A stretch of DNA of 64,000 nucleotides, from assembly GCF_006345805.1 (NCBI RefSeq), contig NC_043004.1, positions 26,412,001 through 26,476,000 of the forward strand. Reading direction: 5' to 3'. Within the stretch, counting starts at the first letter, position 1, and every line of letters starts with the position of its first letter. The position numbers and the translations under genes were made by a program. This DNA is from Octopus sinensis. Taxonomy: Eukaryota. Positions 37,680 to 50,039 of this stretch are shown one piece after another. The notes under the pieces were generated by a model. That model searched no databases. It saw nothing but the letters and a program-made list of their open reading frames with translations, and was not told the origin of the DNA.

Positions 37680-38086
37680 AACAACAAGCAAGCTGCATCA
37701 TATCCCTGATGCTACAGTTCATTGTTCGGTTGTTTATCAAATTTTCCTTTGTTATTCTTAAATACTTTATTCTGCTGTTACTGATTTGTTCTCCGTTGGT
37801 ATCAGTTTTCTTGTTTGTTTCTAATCTGACACTACTAGTAGGAGAAATGAAGAATTTGAAATATCACTGAATTCTAATATGATTTGCTCTCAGTATAAAA
37901 TTTATGTATCGTCATACCTGATTTTGTTATTGCATTGGAGTACTGAAATATTGTAGATAAACATAATGTCAAAACTTAGCTCTAAAATCTTTGGATATCT
38001 CAATTCTTAATATTGAATTTGTATGCGTCTATGTGTATGTGTACACATTTTTATCTATCTAATTAACAACCTTCGTATTCATCTCG

Positions 38087-38119
<33 letters not shown>

Positions 38120-38639
38120 TGCGTGGCTTTTGCTTTGGCAGCTGTGGCTTGGTCCCTGAGGGCTGCTGTGAAGAAATTTTAGAATGCTACCTTGAAAGCA
38201 TGACTGGGAGGGAAAAATCTTTGATGAAAATGTGGCTGATGAAATCCCTTCACGTTCAATCTCGAAATCTTCAATGCACCAATCAATAAACATGCGAATA
38301 AAATGTCTAATCATAAAATGCCTTGATGTAAATCATTAATAAAGTTGCCTCGCTGCTTCTGAAACATAAGTCTTTATTGATTCTTTACTGCTAGTCTTTA
38401 ACAAATTTCAGTTATTTTTTATAATCTAATAAAAACGTGATGTTTGTTCACGGATAAACATGCATATAATGGGTTCTCTTTGTTATTTTCCGTTGAATGT
38501 ACCTGGAATCCATCCCCAGACATGCGGGATCTGATTTCAGTGTGAGAAAATAAGTGGGGTCCATGTAATCAACCAACTCCATCTTCTCAAATCTTGGTCT
38601 TGTGGTTGAAATTAGAAATCATTCTTTATTTCTTTCCTT

Positions 38640-38870
38640 CTTTTACATTTTACTTGTATCACTTATTAGACTCAGACCATGGTAGTACAACGTCTTGAAG
38701 AATTACAGTCAAACGAACTGACCGCAGTACCTTTTTTTTTATTTCTGAAGCCCAGTATTTATTCTATCGAACTCTAAGTAACGCTAAGTAACGGTGACAT
38801 AAACATACCAACACCGTCTGTTAAGCGAGAATAGAGGACAAACGCAAAGTTAGATACACACACACACACA
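38640..38870 (-). mobile_element. SINE family A 3' body, degraded
   Basis: Reverse complement resembles GTTTGTCC...CGCTTAACAGACGGTGTTGGTATGTTTATGTCACCGTTACTTAGCG...GATAGAATAAATACTGGGC. Confidence 0.65.
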
Positions 38871-39020
38871 CACACACATGCTTCCATGCATACATACATA
38901 CATTACATACATACATACATATATATGTATATATATATAATAATATTAGGGAGTAAATCCAAACTTACAGGGAAAAATTAGATTTAGGATTAAATCTAAT
39001 TTTACGGTATAAATATATAT

Positions 39021-39585
39021 ATTAAATTAGAGATAAAACCACTATTAGGCAAATCAAACAGTGAAAAACATAAACCAAAACATAGAAATAAAATTAATTA
39101 ATATAATATACAAAATATATAAAATATAAAATTCAAAATTTAAATTATTTAAATTTTAAATAAAATTTAAATTATTAATTTATACTTATAAATTTATATA
39201 TATATATATTTTATTATTTTTATTTTTATTATTATTTTTATTTTTATTTTTATTTTTTAATTATTTAATTTTTAAAAAAATATATATAACTATCAAAAAG
39301 TATTAAAAAGTTTAATATAAGATAAAAAGTAAAAAATAATTAAAAAATAAAAAATAAAAATAAAAATAAAGATAATAAAAAAAATATATATATATATATA
39401 TATAAAAATTTTATAAGTATAAATTAAGAATTTAAGAATTTTTAAAAATTTTAACTTTAAATTCAAATAATTTAAATTTTGAATTTTATATTTTATATAT
39501 TATATTAATTAATTTTATTTCTATGTTTTGGTTTATGTTTTTCACTGTTTGATTTGCCTAATAGTGGTTTTATCTCTAATTTAAT
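39021..39585. repeat. AT-rich foldback (arms about 245 bp, spacer about 70 bp)
   Basis: ATTAAATTAGAGATAAAACCACTATTAGGCAAATCAAACAGTG... is matched by its reverse complement ending at 39585; the first ~90 bp are perfect. Confidence 0.92.
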
Positions 39586-39589
39586 AGGA

Positions 39590-40390
39590 GTTACTAACCA
39601 ACCACATGGTTCCGGGTTCAGTCCCACTGCGTGGCATCTTGGGCAAGAGTCTTCTGCTTTAGCCCCGGGCCAACCAATGCCTTGTGAGTGGATTTGGTAG
39701 ACGGAAACTGAAAGAAGCCTGTCGTATATATGTATATATATATATATGTATATGTGTGTGTGTTTGTGTGTCTGTGTTTGTCTCCCTAGCATTGCTTGAC
39801 AACCGATGCTGGTGTGTTTACGTCCCCGTAACTTAGCGGTTCGGCAAAACAGACCGATAGAATAAGTACTGGGCTTACAAAGAATAAGTCCAGGGGTCGA
39901 TTTGCTCGACTAAAGGCGGTGCTCCAGCATGGCCGCAGTCAAATGACTGAAACAAGTAAAAGAGTAAAAGAGTATATATATATATATATATATATATAGG
40001 CGCAGGAGTGGCTGTGTGGTAAGTAGCTTGCTTACCAACCACATGGTTCCGGGTTCAGTCCCACTGCGTGGCATCTTGGGCAAGTGTCTTCTGCTATTGC
40101 CCCGGGCCGACCAGTACCTTGTGAGTGGATTTGGTAGACGGAAACTGAAAGAAGCCTGTCGTATATATGTATATATATATAGTGTCTGTGTTTGTCCCCC
40201 TAGCATTGCTTGACAACCGATGCTGGTGTGTTTATGTCTCCGTCACTTAGCAGTTCGGCAAAAAGAGATCGATAGAATAAGTACTGGGCTTACAAAGAAT
40301 AAGTCCCGGGGTCGATCTGCTCGACTAAAGGCGATGCTCCAGCATGACCGCAATCAAATGACTGAAACAAGTAAAAGAAAGAAAGAAAGA
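39590..40390 (+). mobile_element. Two head-to-tail SINE family A copies (about 39590-39975 and 39998-40390)
   Basis: Both carry the GGTTCAGTCCC B box, CORE-like block and tail, separated by (TA)n. Confidence 0.92.
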
Positions 40391-40422
40391 AATATATATA
40401 TATATATATATATAATATATAT

Positions 40423-40464
<42 letters not shown>

Positions 40465-41199
40465 GTTGTTTCATGTGGAATGTCATATTTGAAAGGGAAC
40501 AATAAAATGTTTCAGAAATGTTAGAGAACTGATTTAGTTACTCAAAAGAAGAGGTCTACCCTCGGTTGCCACAGAGAAGCAAGCTTCTCCTGAATGCTCT
40601 TCCTCCCAAACCAATATCAACTGCAATGACATGGAGAAGGAAGAGCTGAACGATCAATGAATCACAGTGACAAAAGGGGGTAGGTGAAAGAAGAGGAGAG
40701 TACACAGCCCCACTCCAAGAAATCAACAAAAGGATATACTGAAACCACAACTGCAACACAATTTACAAAAATTCCAACAAAAACAACAACACTTAAAAAC
40801 AGCAACATCATCAACAACAGCATGAAATCACAGAAACACAGAAGCAACCAATTACGGAACTTCAAAAACAAGAATATTCATCTGAGTGTGGACGAAATGT
40901 ATCCATCAATTTCACTGTTGTGAACAAGTGCAACAGTGAGTTGATGGCTTTTTTTAAAGTTAAAACAAAAACAAAATAGAGATAGAGGGAAAGGAATTTA
41001 GAGATTTTATCCTCAAAACACCCAAGAACAGACACTTAATTAAAACGTCGTCAGACGTTTATAAAACTATAAGAGAAAAATTCCCATGTAGTATGAGGAT
41101 TTTTTTAAAAATCAGTTGATAAAAGGCTGTTGGAAGGACCTTTTAAAACATTTTCTCCATTAAAGATGTCCGGAACTTCCGGGCCACTCGAAAATCAAG

Positions 41200-43030
41200 G
41201 TAAGTAACCTCCTCTATCTCTTTCTCGGCTGGCATGATTGTGCAGAGAATGGGGTGTATGAATGAACGTGATCTGGTCGCTTGATTTAGATGTGGCTGCC
41301 ATTAGTGAAACAAAGATCTCCGGAAAACACGCTCTAGCATCCATTTTCGAAGACTACGAGGTATTCTCATCGTGTTGTCTATCGGGAGCAGGTGGCGGTG
41401 TAGCAGTGCTACTCCGGAAATCTTTAAACCTCCAAGTGCGGGCTATCTTTCTGGACTCGGATGGCTGGGTGGTGGTCCTGAACGTGAACGGCAGCGAAGG
41501 TTACGCCTTTAGACTGGTGGCGATTTATGCTCCAACAGAGGCTGGAAGGCCAGATTTCTTCAGGCGTCTAGAAACATTCTTAGGAACGTTTCGCACTTTA
41601 GTACTGGAGGGAATTTGGAATAGTATTTTGAGCGCACGGAAGAACTGTGTGGGTTTATCACAAAGCAGAAGTGGGTGTATAAGCTCGAAAACCTGCTCAG
41701 GACTTTCCAATTTTCTGACAGGTACCTACTTGCTTTCCAATGTGCCAATGTGGACATGGAGCAATCACAGTGGGGTCATCTAGACCGTATTTAGGTAGAG
41801 TATTTGTTAGGTTAGAGGCTAGGGATAGCACAGGTTGTCTACAATTTAAATTGGTCGGCCACACAGATTACAAATTTGTTATATGTTCAGTCGATTTAGA
41901 CAGGACCCGCAGACAGGGACCCTATTACTGGAAATTAAACGCGTCCTTACCGGCTCGCAAATACTACAGGAACCGGATTAGCGAGCTAGTTAAGCGGCAG
42001 TTAACGGGGTCGATCGTCAACAACCGGTGGTGGTTGTTCGCTCTGAAGAGAGCGACTAGAGTAGGATCGATAGCATTAAGCAAAGATTTAGCGATAGAAA
42101 GAAATAGATTAGAGGAAGAACAAGTTAGCAAACTAGAAGAGGCTATTAGTAAAGGCATCGCAACTGACATGTTAGCGGCGAGAATGGACCTTGACCTTCG
42201 AAACACGAAGGGTGCGTTGTCAGAGCTAAGGGCCGTGCTCTATAACAAGAAGGCAGTAAAGCCGTTCGATGGGCCCGAACAGTAGAGCCGCAACGTGGAA
42301 ACAAAACCACGATCAAATCTTTGACAGATCAGGATGGGAACGTGTTACTCGGTTCTGAGCAGATGTGTGCGGCTTTCCAGCAACACTTTGAGCGGCTGTT
42401 AGGGGAGGGCGATGGGTTGACAGTAGCGGACTTTACTTCGTATCTGGACGGCCTACCACGGCTCTCGGTAACGGACGTGAGATTCTGCGAAAAGCCGATT
42501 ACATCCACTGAAATACGGGAGGCAATGAGTGATTCCACAAGTCGCACGGTTTAGATGGTCTGCCCAACGAATTCTATGTATTCATACCAGATTTGTTTAG
42601 CAGACTCTTGGTAGATGTCTACAGTAACTGGCAGCAAAACAAGAGTATTCCTAGTACTGTTAGCTGTGGTGTGGTAACACTGCTGAGAAAGGACGCCAAT
42701 AATGGGGACGTACCAGGGAATTTTTGGCCAATAACTCGGCTAAACATAGAGTTTAAGATTTTGGCCAAGGTGTTAGCGAAAAGCTTGGCGCTTGTCGTTG
42801 TTAGTCTGGTCGGAGTGACACAAACGTGTGCAATCTCGAGCAGATCTATCCACGACAACCTCCACCTTATGCAATACATCGTAGAGAGGGCTGGGACTAA
42901 AGCTGGCTTCGGTGGAGCCCTGATCAATTTAGATCAGTCGAAAGCATTCGATAGGGTAGACCATCGCTATTTGGAAGCTGTCCTTTAAGCGGCCGATTTC
43001 GGACCCATTTTCGGAGAGTGGATTGCTGCA
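41200..43030 (+). mobile_element. Tx1/L1-clade LINE ORF2 remnant (APE endonuclease and RT N-terminal half), frameshifted
   Basis: DVAAISET, GGGVAVLL, LVAIYAP, YWKLNASL, WPITRLNIEFKILAKVLA, QTCAI..RSIHDNL, LINLDQSKAFDRVDH. Confidence 0.92.
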
Positions 43031-43683
43031 ATGCACAGCGGCATCATAGAGATAGAATGAAAGGAAGCTGAACAAGAGATCAAAGAACCACTCAGAAAAA
43101 CAGTTGAGGTGCACTAGATAAAGATAGATAGTAAGTTGGGTTGGAGCAATCAGCAAAAGAATCACATAGATACACAGCTGTGTCGGCTGGAGGCCCAAAG
43201 GGAAGTGGGTTGGAACAATAGATCATATAACCATACATATATAGGTAATTTGTGTCATGTCGAGGTGGGTTGTACACCAAGTAACAGATAATAGATTTGA
43301 AGAATTGCATACAGGTAGACAGGTATTTGAAAAACAAAATTTCTTGAAGGCATGAAATCTGAATCTTATTTTTACAAACCTTAAAGCCTGCTGAAGGCGG
43401 GTTGGGAATATATATGCATACTCTATACATTCCTCTATACATATATAGCCCTTGTATTAGTTTCAAATTCAACCTTGGCACTGGACAATTTTATTGTTCA
43501 GTACACAGTAATCTATAATGTGGTGTGTTTATGGGTGTTTTATGCAGGTTCTGTTATGTGACCTGAATAAAATATTCATGGAGAAATAATTAGGATGGCT
43601 AGCAATGTCTCCATTAATGGACACTGAAAATTTAAAAAATCATAAATATGTATGTGTGTATGTGTAGTTGTGTGCGCGTGCAT

Positions 43684-43735
<52 letters not shown>

Positions 43736-43879
43736 GCGTGTGCGCGCGCGCGCGTTTGTGTGTGCGTGTGTGAAGTCAGAACAGTTTAACTATTTGAAAA
43801 CTGTGGAATATAAATTCAGTTTTTTAACTCTAGTAAGCCAAACATACAAGTGTATACCACCACCACCACCACCACCACC

Positions 43880-43917
<38 letters not shown>

Positions 43918-44479
43918 CATGCTTACATAAATTTGTGCATGTGTTTTTCAACTCAAGCATATTTGTATATTTATATTTATTTATATATGTGTACATGCGT
44001 GCAAATGGAAATACATGAGCGTGTGTGTATGTGTGTGTGTGTGTATGCGTGTGTGCGCCCGCATGAGTGTGTATGTGTGTATCTAGGTGTAAGTGTGTTT
44101 GTATTTGTGTGGTGTGTAAAACTATGCGTGCAATGAACACTATGTGTTTTCCCAGTTCCTGTCAATACATGTTAAACTGTTTAAGTGTGACATCTGACAC
44201 AAGCTGGAATTTATATTTTCAACACTGGCAAATCTATTATAGGCAAAAATATTCTAGAACATTAACACAGTTCCTTTGATGAAACAGGTACAGTGATAAA
44301 AAAATGCGTGTGAGCTTCGTGTTGTTGCTGTTGTTGCACAAGAGGGAGGAATGATGGTTCATTTGCTGATACAATGGGCTCCAAATCACACAATTTCATT
44401 TGTTTTTTTTCATTCTGAGCTCAATTCACGCTGAGGTTGACATTGCCCTTATCTTACAGTGCCAATAAAGTACTGTACT

Positions 44480-45870
44480 GATTCACTTAACCCCTACCTA
44501 CACCCATTTATTGGGGAAGAGATGTGCTATTTTAGTTTTTAGCTTAGTGTTGGGGATATAATAGATTTTTACGTTGAAGTCACTTATTTGTAGGGCCTGA
44601 TTATAATAAGAGGCGTGAGTGTTAAAAATTTCTTCGTTAGAGGATAAGTTTGAGATTCTGATAGATATGCCTGTGACTACACTATTAAGGGTAAGCTTAG
44701 GATGATTAGAGAGGACATTTATATATTCTAAAGATTGGTTGGGTTTCTGGGCGTTATAGAAATTGGCCACCTTAGTGTCAATTTCGAACGAACTACTTAG
44801 GTTGTAGTTTTTAAAGAATTTGTGTAGGACTTTCATGGTGCGTTCTACTGACGGTCAAGATAATCCAGTTGCTGAAAAGAGTGTGTCATCCCTGTATAGT
44901 CCACCGGATAGTTTGGGGAAGTATTGTTTAATTTGGGAGAGGAGGAATAGGCACACAAGGCTGGTGATCTGGCCTGAGTCTGATGAGCCCATGGTTATAT
45001 CGAAGTAATCCATAGATGAATTGCCGGTACAATTATTATCCTTAAAATGAATCAGAGTCTTCTTTGCAGACAAGTTGATATTGATATCCAATCGGGAGAT
45101 GGAAGCATATTTTCAGGCGAAGATTAAGGCTTTATTTAAGAGAACTGGTGATATTGATGAGTAATAATTTGAGATGTCAAACTGAAGAAAATGGGTGTGT
45201 TGTATATCATGAAGAGAGTGATGGCGTTTCCAGTGCAATTCCAGAGTGGAAGTTTAATGTTAGTTCTAAAAGGGATAGAATACAGTCAATAATGCATTTA
45301 CTAATTCAACCTAAGTCAGATTTTGTAGAAGGGCTGAATTGAATGGAAGGCTTAGAGTAGAAGTTGGGTTTATGGTCCTTCAGGATGAAATAGTGTGGTT
45401 TTAGGTGTGTATGGTTCAGTTCTATTTAGTAAATTTAGACCAGCGATGTGCTTACAAGGGGTGTTATTAATCTCCTTAAGAGCATTTCTATGTGCATTTT
45501 ATAATTGTGTTTAGTTCCTTTGATATGAGATTACTATATATTTCCAAGGTAAGGGAATAAAGATTGCCAGTTTTGTAAGAAAAAACATGCAGGTGTGGTG
45601 AAGTTCTTGCTTTAGATGTAATTTTGGATAGTTCTTTCTGGAAGGAGTTAGTATAATTAGAGAATTTCATGTTTTTTAACATACGTAGTAGATTTTTCTC
45701 AAAACTAGCCAATGTAGGGTTTGGAGATGGGTTTTTGTGGGACTTGTTGTTGGTGCCTTTTTCATTAGAATGTTTGGGATGATTAGATTTGAGGTCACAG
45801 TGTAGGACTCTACATCTCAACCGGGTAATGAACTCATTAGTCTTCTGTAGCAGGAGTTCCATGTATACAT
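44480..45870 (-). mobile_element. Penelope-like (Neptune-type) RT remnant
   Basis: KTNEFITRLR, FDITMGSSDS, GGLYRDD, YINVLSNHP...ISIRISNLSSNEEIF...YYNQAL. Confidence 0.88.
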
Positions 45871-45959
45871 CCCTTGGTGGGATCAGGATATTTTTGTAGA
45901 CATGCCCAAGAATTGCTTATCCACGAGCGTTATCAATAGGTAGCGCTCAGCTGAGCAAA

Positions 45960-46330
45960 AGATATATAGTTTATAGGTTAGAGACAGGTGTTTTCTATAT
46001 CCCACCCACAGAAACATTTAGCATGCTTCAGTGAGCTTATAGTGACGCGGCAATGGGTTGTATGCAATGTTTCGAGTGACACGTGCACACGACAGAGCCA
46101 CAACTCAATCAAGAGCATACCCATCGATTTTTTCAACATTGAGAATGCATCACCCAGAGCAAGACCACTGGTCGAGTGTTCTACTGCAAAGTTTTGAAGC
46201 ATCTGAGGGAGGACACTCAGCGAAAGCAACCGGATTTGTTGAATGCGAAGAATTAGATTCTTCAGGCCGACAATGCACACTGTCACTGAGCTCTACTCAC
46301 TGGTAAGTTTCTCACCAAAAACAACATGTG
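45960..46330 (+). mobile_element. Mariner transposase fragments, internally deleted
   Basis: ETFSMLQ.AYSDAAMG..QCFEW-like HTH joined to FFNI...FYCKVLKHLREDTQRKQPDL...ILQADNAHCH. Confidence 0.75.
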
Positions 46331-47420
46331 TGTTATGGGTGCTGGGAAGTGGTCAGTGCTAGTGTGTGTGGAGTGATATGGGGCGGTATGATGTGGTGGT
46401 GTGTTGCGTGGAGTGGTGTGGTGTGTGGAGGTGTGGAGTGTGAGGGTGTGGGGTATGGGGGTGGAGTGTGGGTGAGAATGCGGAGGTAGAGTCGGGATGT
46501 AGGTGTGGGGATGTGAGTGTGGGGATGTGAGTGTGGGGATGTGGTGGAGGTGTGGGGGTATGAGGTATGGGGAGTGGGCATCAATGAAGAGAGGAAGTAG
46601 TGTCAGATGAAGAGAGAAGAGGATGAAGAGTGGAAATGGCGCGAGATCAGGGTGTTATTGTCGAGTCTGATATCTTGGAGGTGCTCCGCGAACCGGTTAG
46701 TGAAGGGCAGAGAATATCAGGAGATGCTGTAAATGACGTTGCTAGAAGTGCAGGTAAAGGAGCGGGTGATATGATAGAGACGACGATAAGTGCCTGTGAA
46801 GATGGTGGTATTGGAGAGGTAGGGGCAAGTGCAGCCAGGTTGGGAGGTGAGGTTAGGGAGGAAACTGGACCAGGAGGTCACGCAGTTGTGGGCTCGTTTG
46901 AAGGAGTCACCGGAAGGCTCGAAGAATGGTGTGTTTGAGGGGAAGGGTGGAGGGGTGGTAGGTGAGAGGAAACGGGATATGGACAATGACAAAGAGTGAA
47001 GAGAAGTTTAGAGGGGCCAGGAGGGAAGGAGAAAGAGTTGAAGAGACGAAGAGTATGGTAAGTGTCGTGGATGTGGAAGAGAAGGGAAGCCACTAGGGGC
47101 AAGGACACAGTCGAAGTATTTAGAGACCAATTCCGTAGGGCAGTTGCAGACAGAGACGATGGGGCAGCCAGGGTTGTTAGGTTTGTGGATTTGGGAAGGA
47201 AGTAAATGGTGGGGGTGCGTGGAGTGAGGACAATGAGGTTGGAGGCGGTGAGTGGGAGACAGGAGGAGGAGATGAAATCATGGATAATGGAGGATACAGT
47301 CTATTGGTAGTTAGGCGTGGGGTTGGAGTGCAGAGGGCAATTGAAAGAGGTGTCTTGAAGTTGGCGGAGAGCTTCAGCCTTGTAGAGGTCAGTGCACTAC
47401 ACCACCACGGCTCCACACTT
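46330..47420 (-). mobile_element. Penelope-like element fragment (RT remnant and GIY-YIG)
   Basis: CTCPYLSNTTIFTG...YHITRSFTCTSSNVIYSIS...NRFAEHLQDIRLDNNTLISRHF. Confidence 0.78.
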
Positions 47421-47859
47421 TTTGCCTATTTTTTAGACAAACATTGCCCGGATGGGATACATACATACATACACGACGCATACATACATACATACATGCA
47501 TACATACATACATACATACATACATACATACATACATACATACATACATACATGCCTTCATGCGGCTACTGTTGTGTTGTCGCTGGAACTGGCTGTGTCC
47601 TGTGTGGTCAGTGGCTAGACCGTAAAAGGTTTGGAACCGAAAGACATCGAGACGGTGTGAAGCTAGAGTTTTATTGTGAACAGTCGGCTCAAAGTGGGTT
47701 TTAGAAGAGTCTGTCTCACATGACCTTATTTGAAGGATGCGATTGGTTGGGTTGCATATTGGTGCACAACAGAGCAAGAGACAATGTGCACCAATACCAA
47801 CCAATCAGAGTAGTAGACACAACAGGGTCCAAAAGGGCGGCTGAAGGCTAGCTGTTATC

Positions 47860-48420
47860 TACTACATCCGTATTTATGTATATATAACAGTAGGAACTTC
47901 CCTCGTCGTCAGATGTGTCCAATTCGGCTAGGACATGAGTTTTTATATCATCATACCTTGGTGACGTCAGGCCAGATACAAAAATTAAATTTTTAAATTG
48001 GTTGTTAGCCATTGCCTGTCTTTTAAAATTTTCGCATTCTTTATTTATAGGTCCAGCATATGCAATAAAATCTTCTTCGTGGCATTTTTCTAATTTTAAA
48101 CTGCTGTTAAATACTGATGATGTCTCACCAAACATGTCTGTAAGTTAGTCCACTGTAGTTTTAGTCAAATTCATTAGTATTTTGGGGTAACACAAAGTTA
48201 AAGCACTCGTTGTATCCAATACTGCCCACTTTTCGTAATAATAGCTTGACCTTACTTCAGTGACAAAAAGATCTTGATAACAGTTATGCCAGGGTGCAAA
48301 AGTTAGTTCGTATTCAAAGGTAGGAAGCTTGTAGAAAACTTTTGAAGTAGTACTGCTTAGATTGTTAGTCGATACAGTTGGATTTGACTGCATAAGCTTC
48401 GAAACTAAATATGCTAAAAT
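47860..48420 (-). mobile_element. Gypsy gag remnant, same type as 56589
   Basis: TFEYELTFAPWHNCYQDLF; FGETSSVFN...EEDFIAYAG.INKECENFK...QFKNLIFVSGL. Confidence 0.72.
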
Positions 48421-48469
48421 ACCCAATTTCAGCTTGTCGCATTGTTTTTGCATTTCTAAGGACTCTTGC

Positions 48470-49335
48470 TGCATGCACAAGTTCATGAAATCTGCATTAC
48501 TTTCGATTTAGTTCATACGGACAGTTTATGGGAGATCATGAGGCAGTATGGCATACCAAACAAAATTATCAACATAGTCAAATTAATGTACAAAGATGGT
48601 GAATGTGCAGTAGTGGACGATGGTGAAATGGTTCCAAGTAAAAACAGGCGTAAAACAAGGCGACGTTACGTCTGGATTCTTGTTTCTACTCGTCATAGAC
48701 AGGGGGATGAGGAAGACCACGATGAATAACATTGGGATAAGATGGCAAATGACGTCATGCCTTGAAGACCTGGACTATGCTGAAGGTGGTGGAGGAAAAG
48801 ATATGATAAGCAGAATCAACAAAGCCAGAAGTGCTTTTATCAAATTGGACAAAGTGTGATGATCAAAACAATTTGGAAGTGATACAAAAATTAAACTCCA
48901 CAAAACGCTGGTAAGACCTGTACTTCTTTATGGCTGTGAAACTTGTACAATGAACAATAGTGATAAGAGAAAACTGGATTCTTTTCAGTACAAAAACCTG
49001 AAGAAAATAATTCAGATAGGGGGGCGAAACATAATATCAATGGATGGACTCAGCAAAATAACCCAAGTCCACAGGATAAGCCAAGAAGTAAAAGGGAAAA
49101 GATGGAATTGGATTGAACATGTATTAAGAAAGGAACTCAATTATCATTGCATGATTGCTTTGACTTGGCAGCCAGAGGGAATGAGAAAAGTTGGAAGATC
49201 AATGACCATATGAAAAGGGACAGTGGAAAAGGAAAGGAATCAAGCTGAATGTTCATCATGGAATGCGGCAAGGAAACTTGAAAAACAAAGGGATAAATGG
49301 AAAACGTGCATGGAAGCCTTATGTGGCGCGAAGAG
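48470..49335 (+). mobile_element. RTE LINE, RT to 3' end, internally deleted, ending in a (GATA)n tail
   Basis: SLWEIMRQYGIPNKIINIV, WFQVKTGVKQG, LEDLDYA, RINKARSAF, PVLLYGCET, RWNWIEHVLR; (GATA)n follows at about 49337-49485. Confidence 0.9.
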
Positions 49336-49336
49336 C

Positions 49337-49451
<115 letters not shown>

Positions 49452-49452
49452 C

Positions 49453-49485
<33 letters not shown>

Positions 49486-50039
49486 GTCAATAAAGTGTCC
49501 CCTCCGGACGTAAGCTCAAATAAACATCAGTGTGAAAAACTTCACATGATAGAATCGAGTCCGCTGATTGGATGACAGTGTATCTGTGTCAGTGTATGAA
49601 TGTGTATGTAATTTTTTCATTTCCATTAAAACAATATAACATTTCATAGACATAATCTTTCTATAGTCAACTATAGTACAGGACATTTTATATGAGTGTG
49701 TACGTGTCTGAGTGTGTATAGAAGTAAGTGTTTCTGTGACTGTGTGTGTGTGTTTCCGCGTTAGGTACGTTATTAAACATACACACTCATCTACACATAC
49801 ATATACATATGGGACGAGAACGGCTTGAGGTGAAACTCTTGACAAAAAAACAATTAGGTGGCACGTCCAAGATATATAAAAATACACATCTACCGTTCAA
49901 TTACCAGTTCATAATTATCGCAGCAGTTGCAAGGTTGCAAAGTATTTACAATTTGCTTATATTTGGGTTATTTATACTGCATACAATAATACAGACACAC
50001 TACATACATACAATTGCTTACAAAAATAACGATTGATGT

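Larger units (their letters stand above)
36777..37695 (-). mobile_element. Penelope-like element, 5'-truncated (GIY-YIG only), with inverted tRNA-headed, hammerhead-bearing terminal repeats
   Basis: Minus ORF 37160-37363 PWSCDRYYKGETS.PLTIRVEE.RKAVTRGDIDKSGIADHVW is a PLE GIY-YIG domain. The repeat at about 36777-37025 (minus) and about 37358-37695 (plus) are inverted copies. Confidence 0.85.

Noticed and set aside
40684-40923. Thr-rich ORF as an extra exon or separate gene
   Set aside because: It lies downstream of the stop codon with no convincing splice partners; more likely low-complexity sequence or a Tx1 ORF1 remnant.
44980-45005. CTGATGAG hammerhead-like core
   Set aside because: It is the antisense of the RT codons for MGSSDS and has no proper stem II or GAAA.
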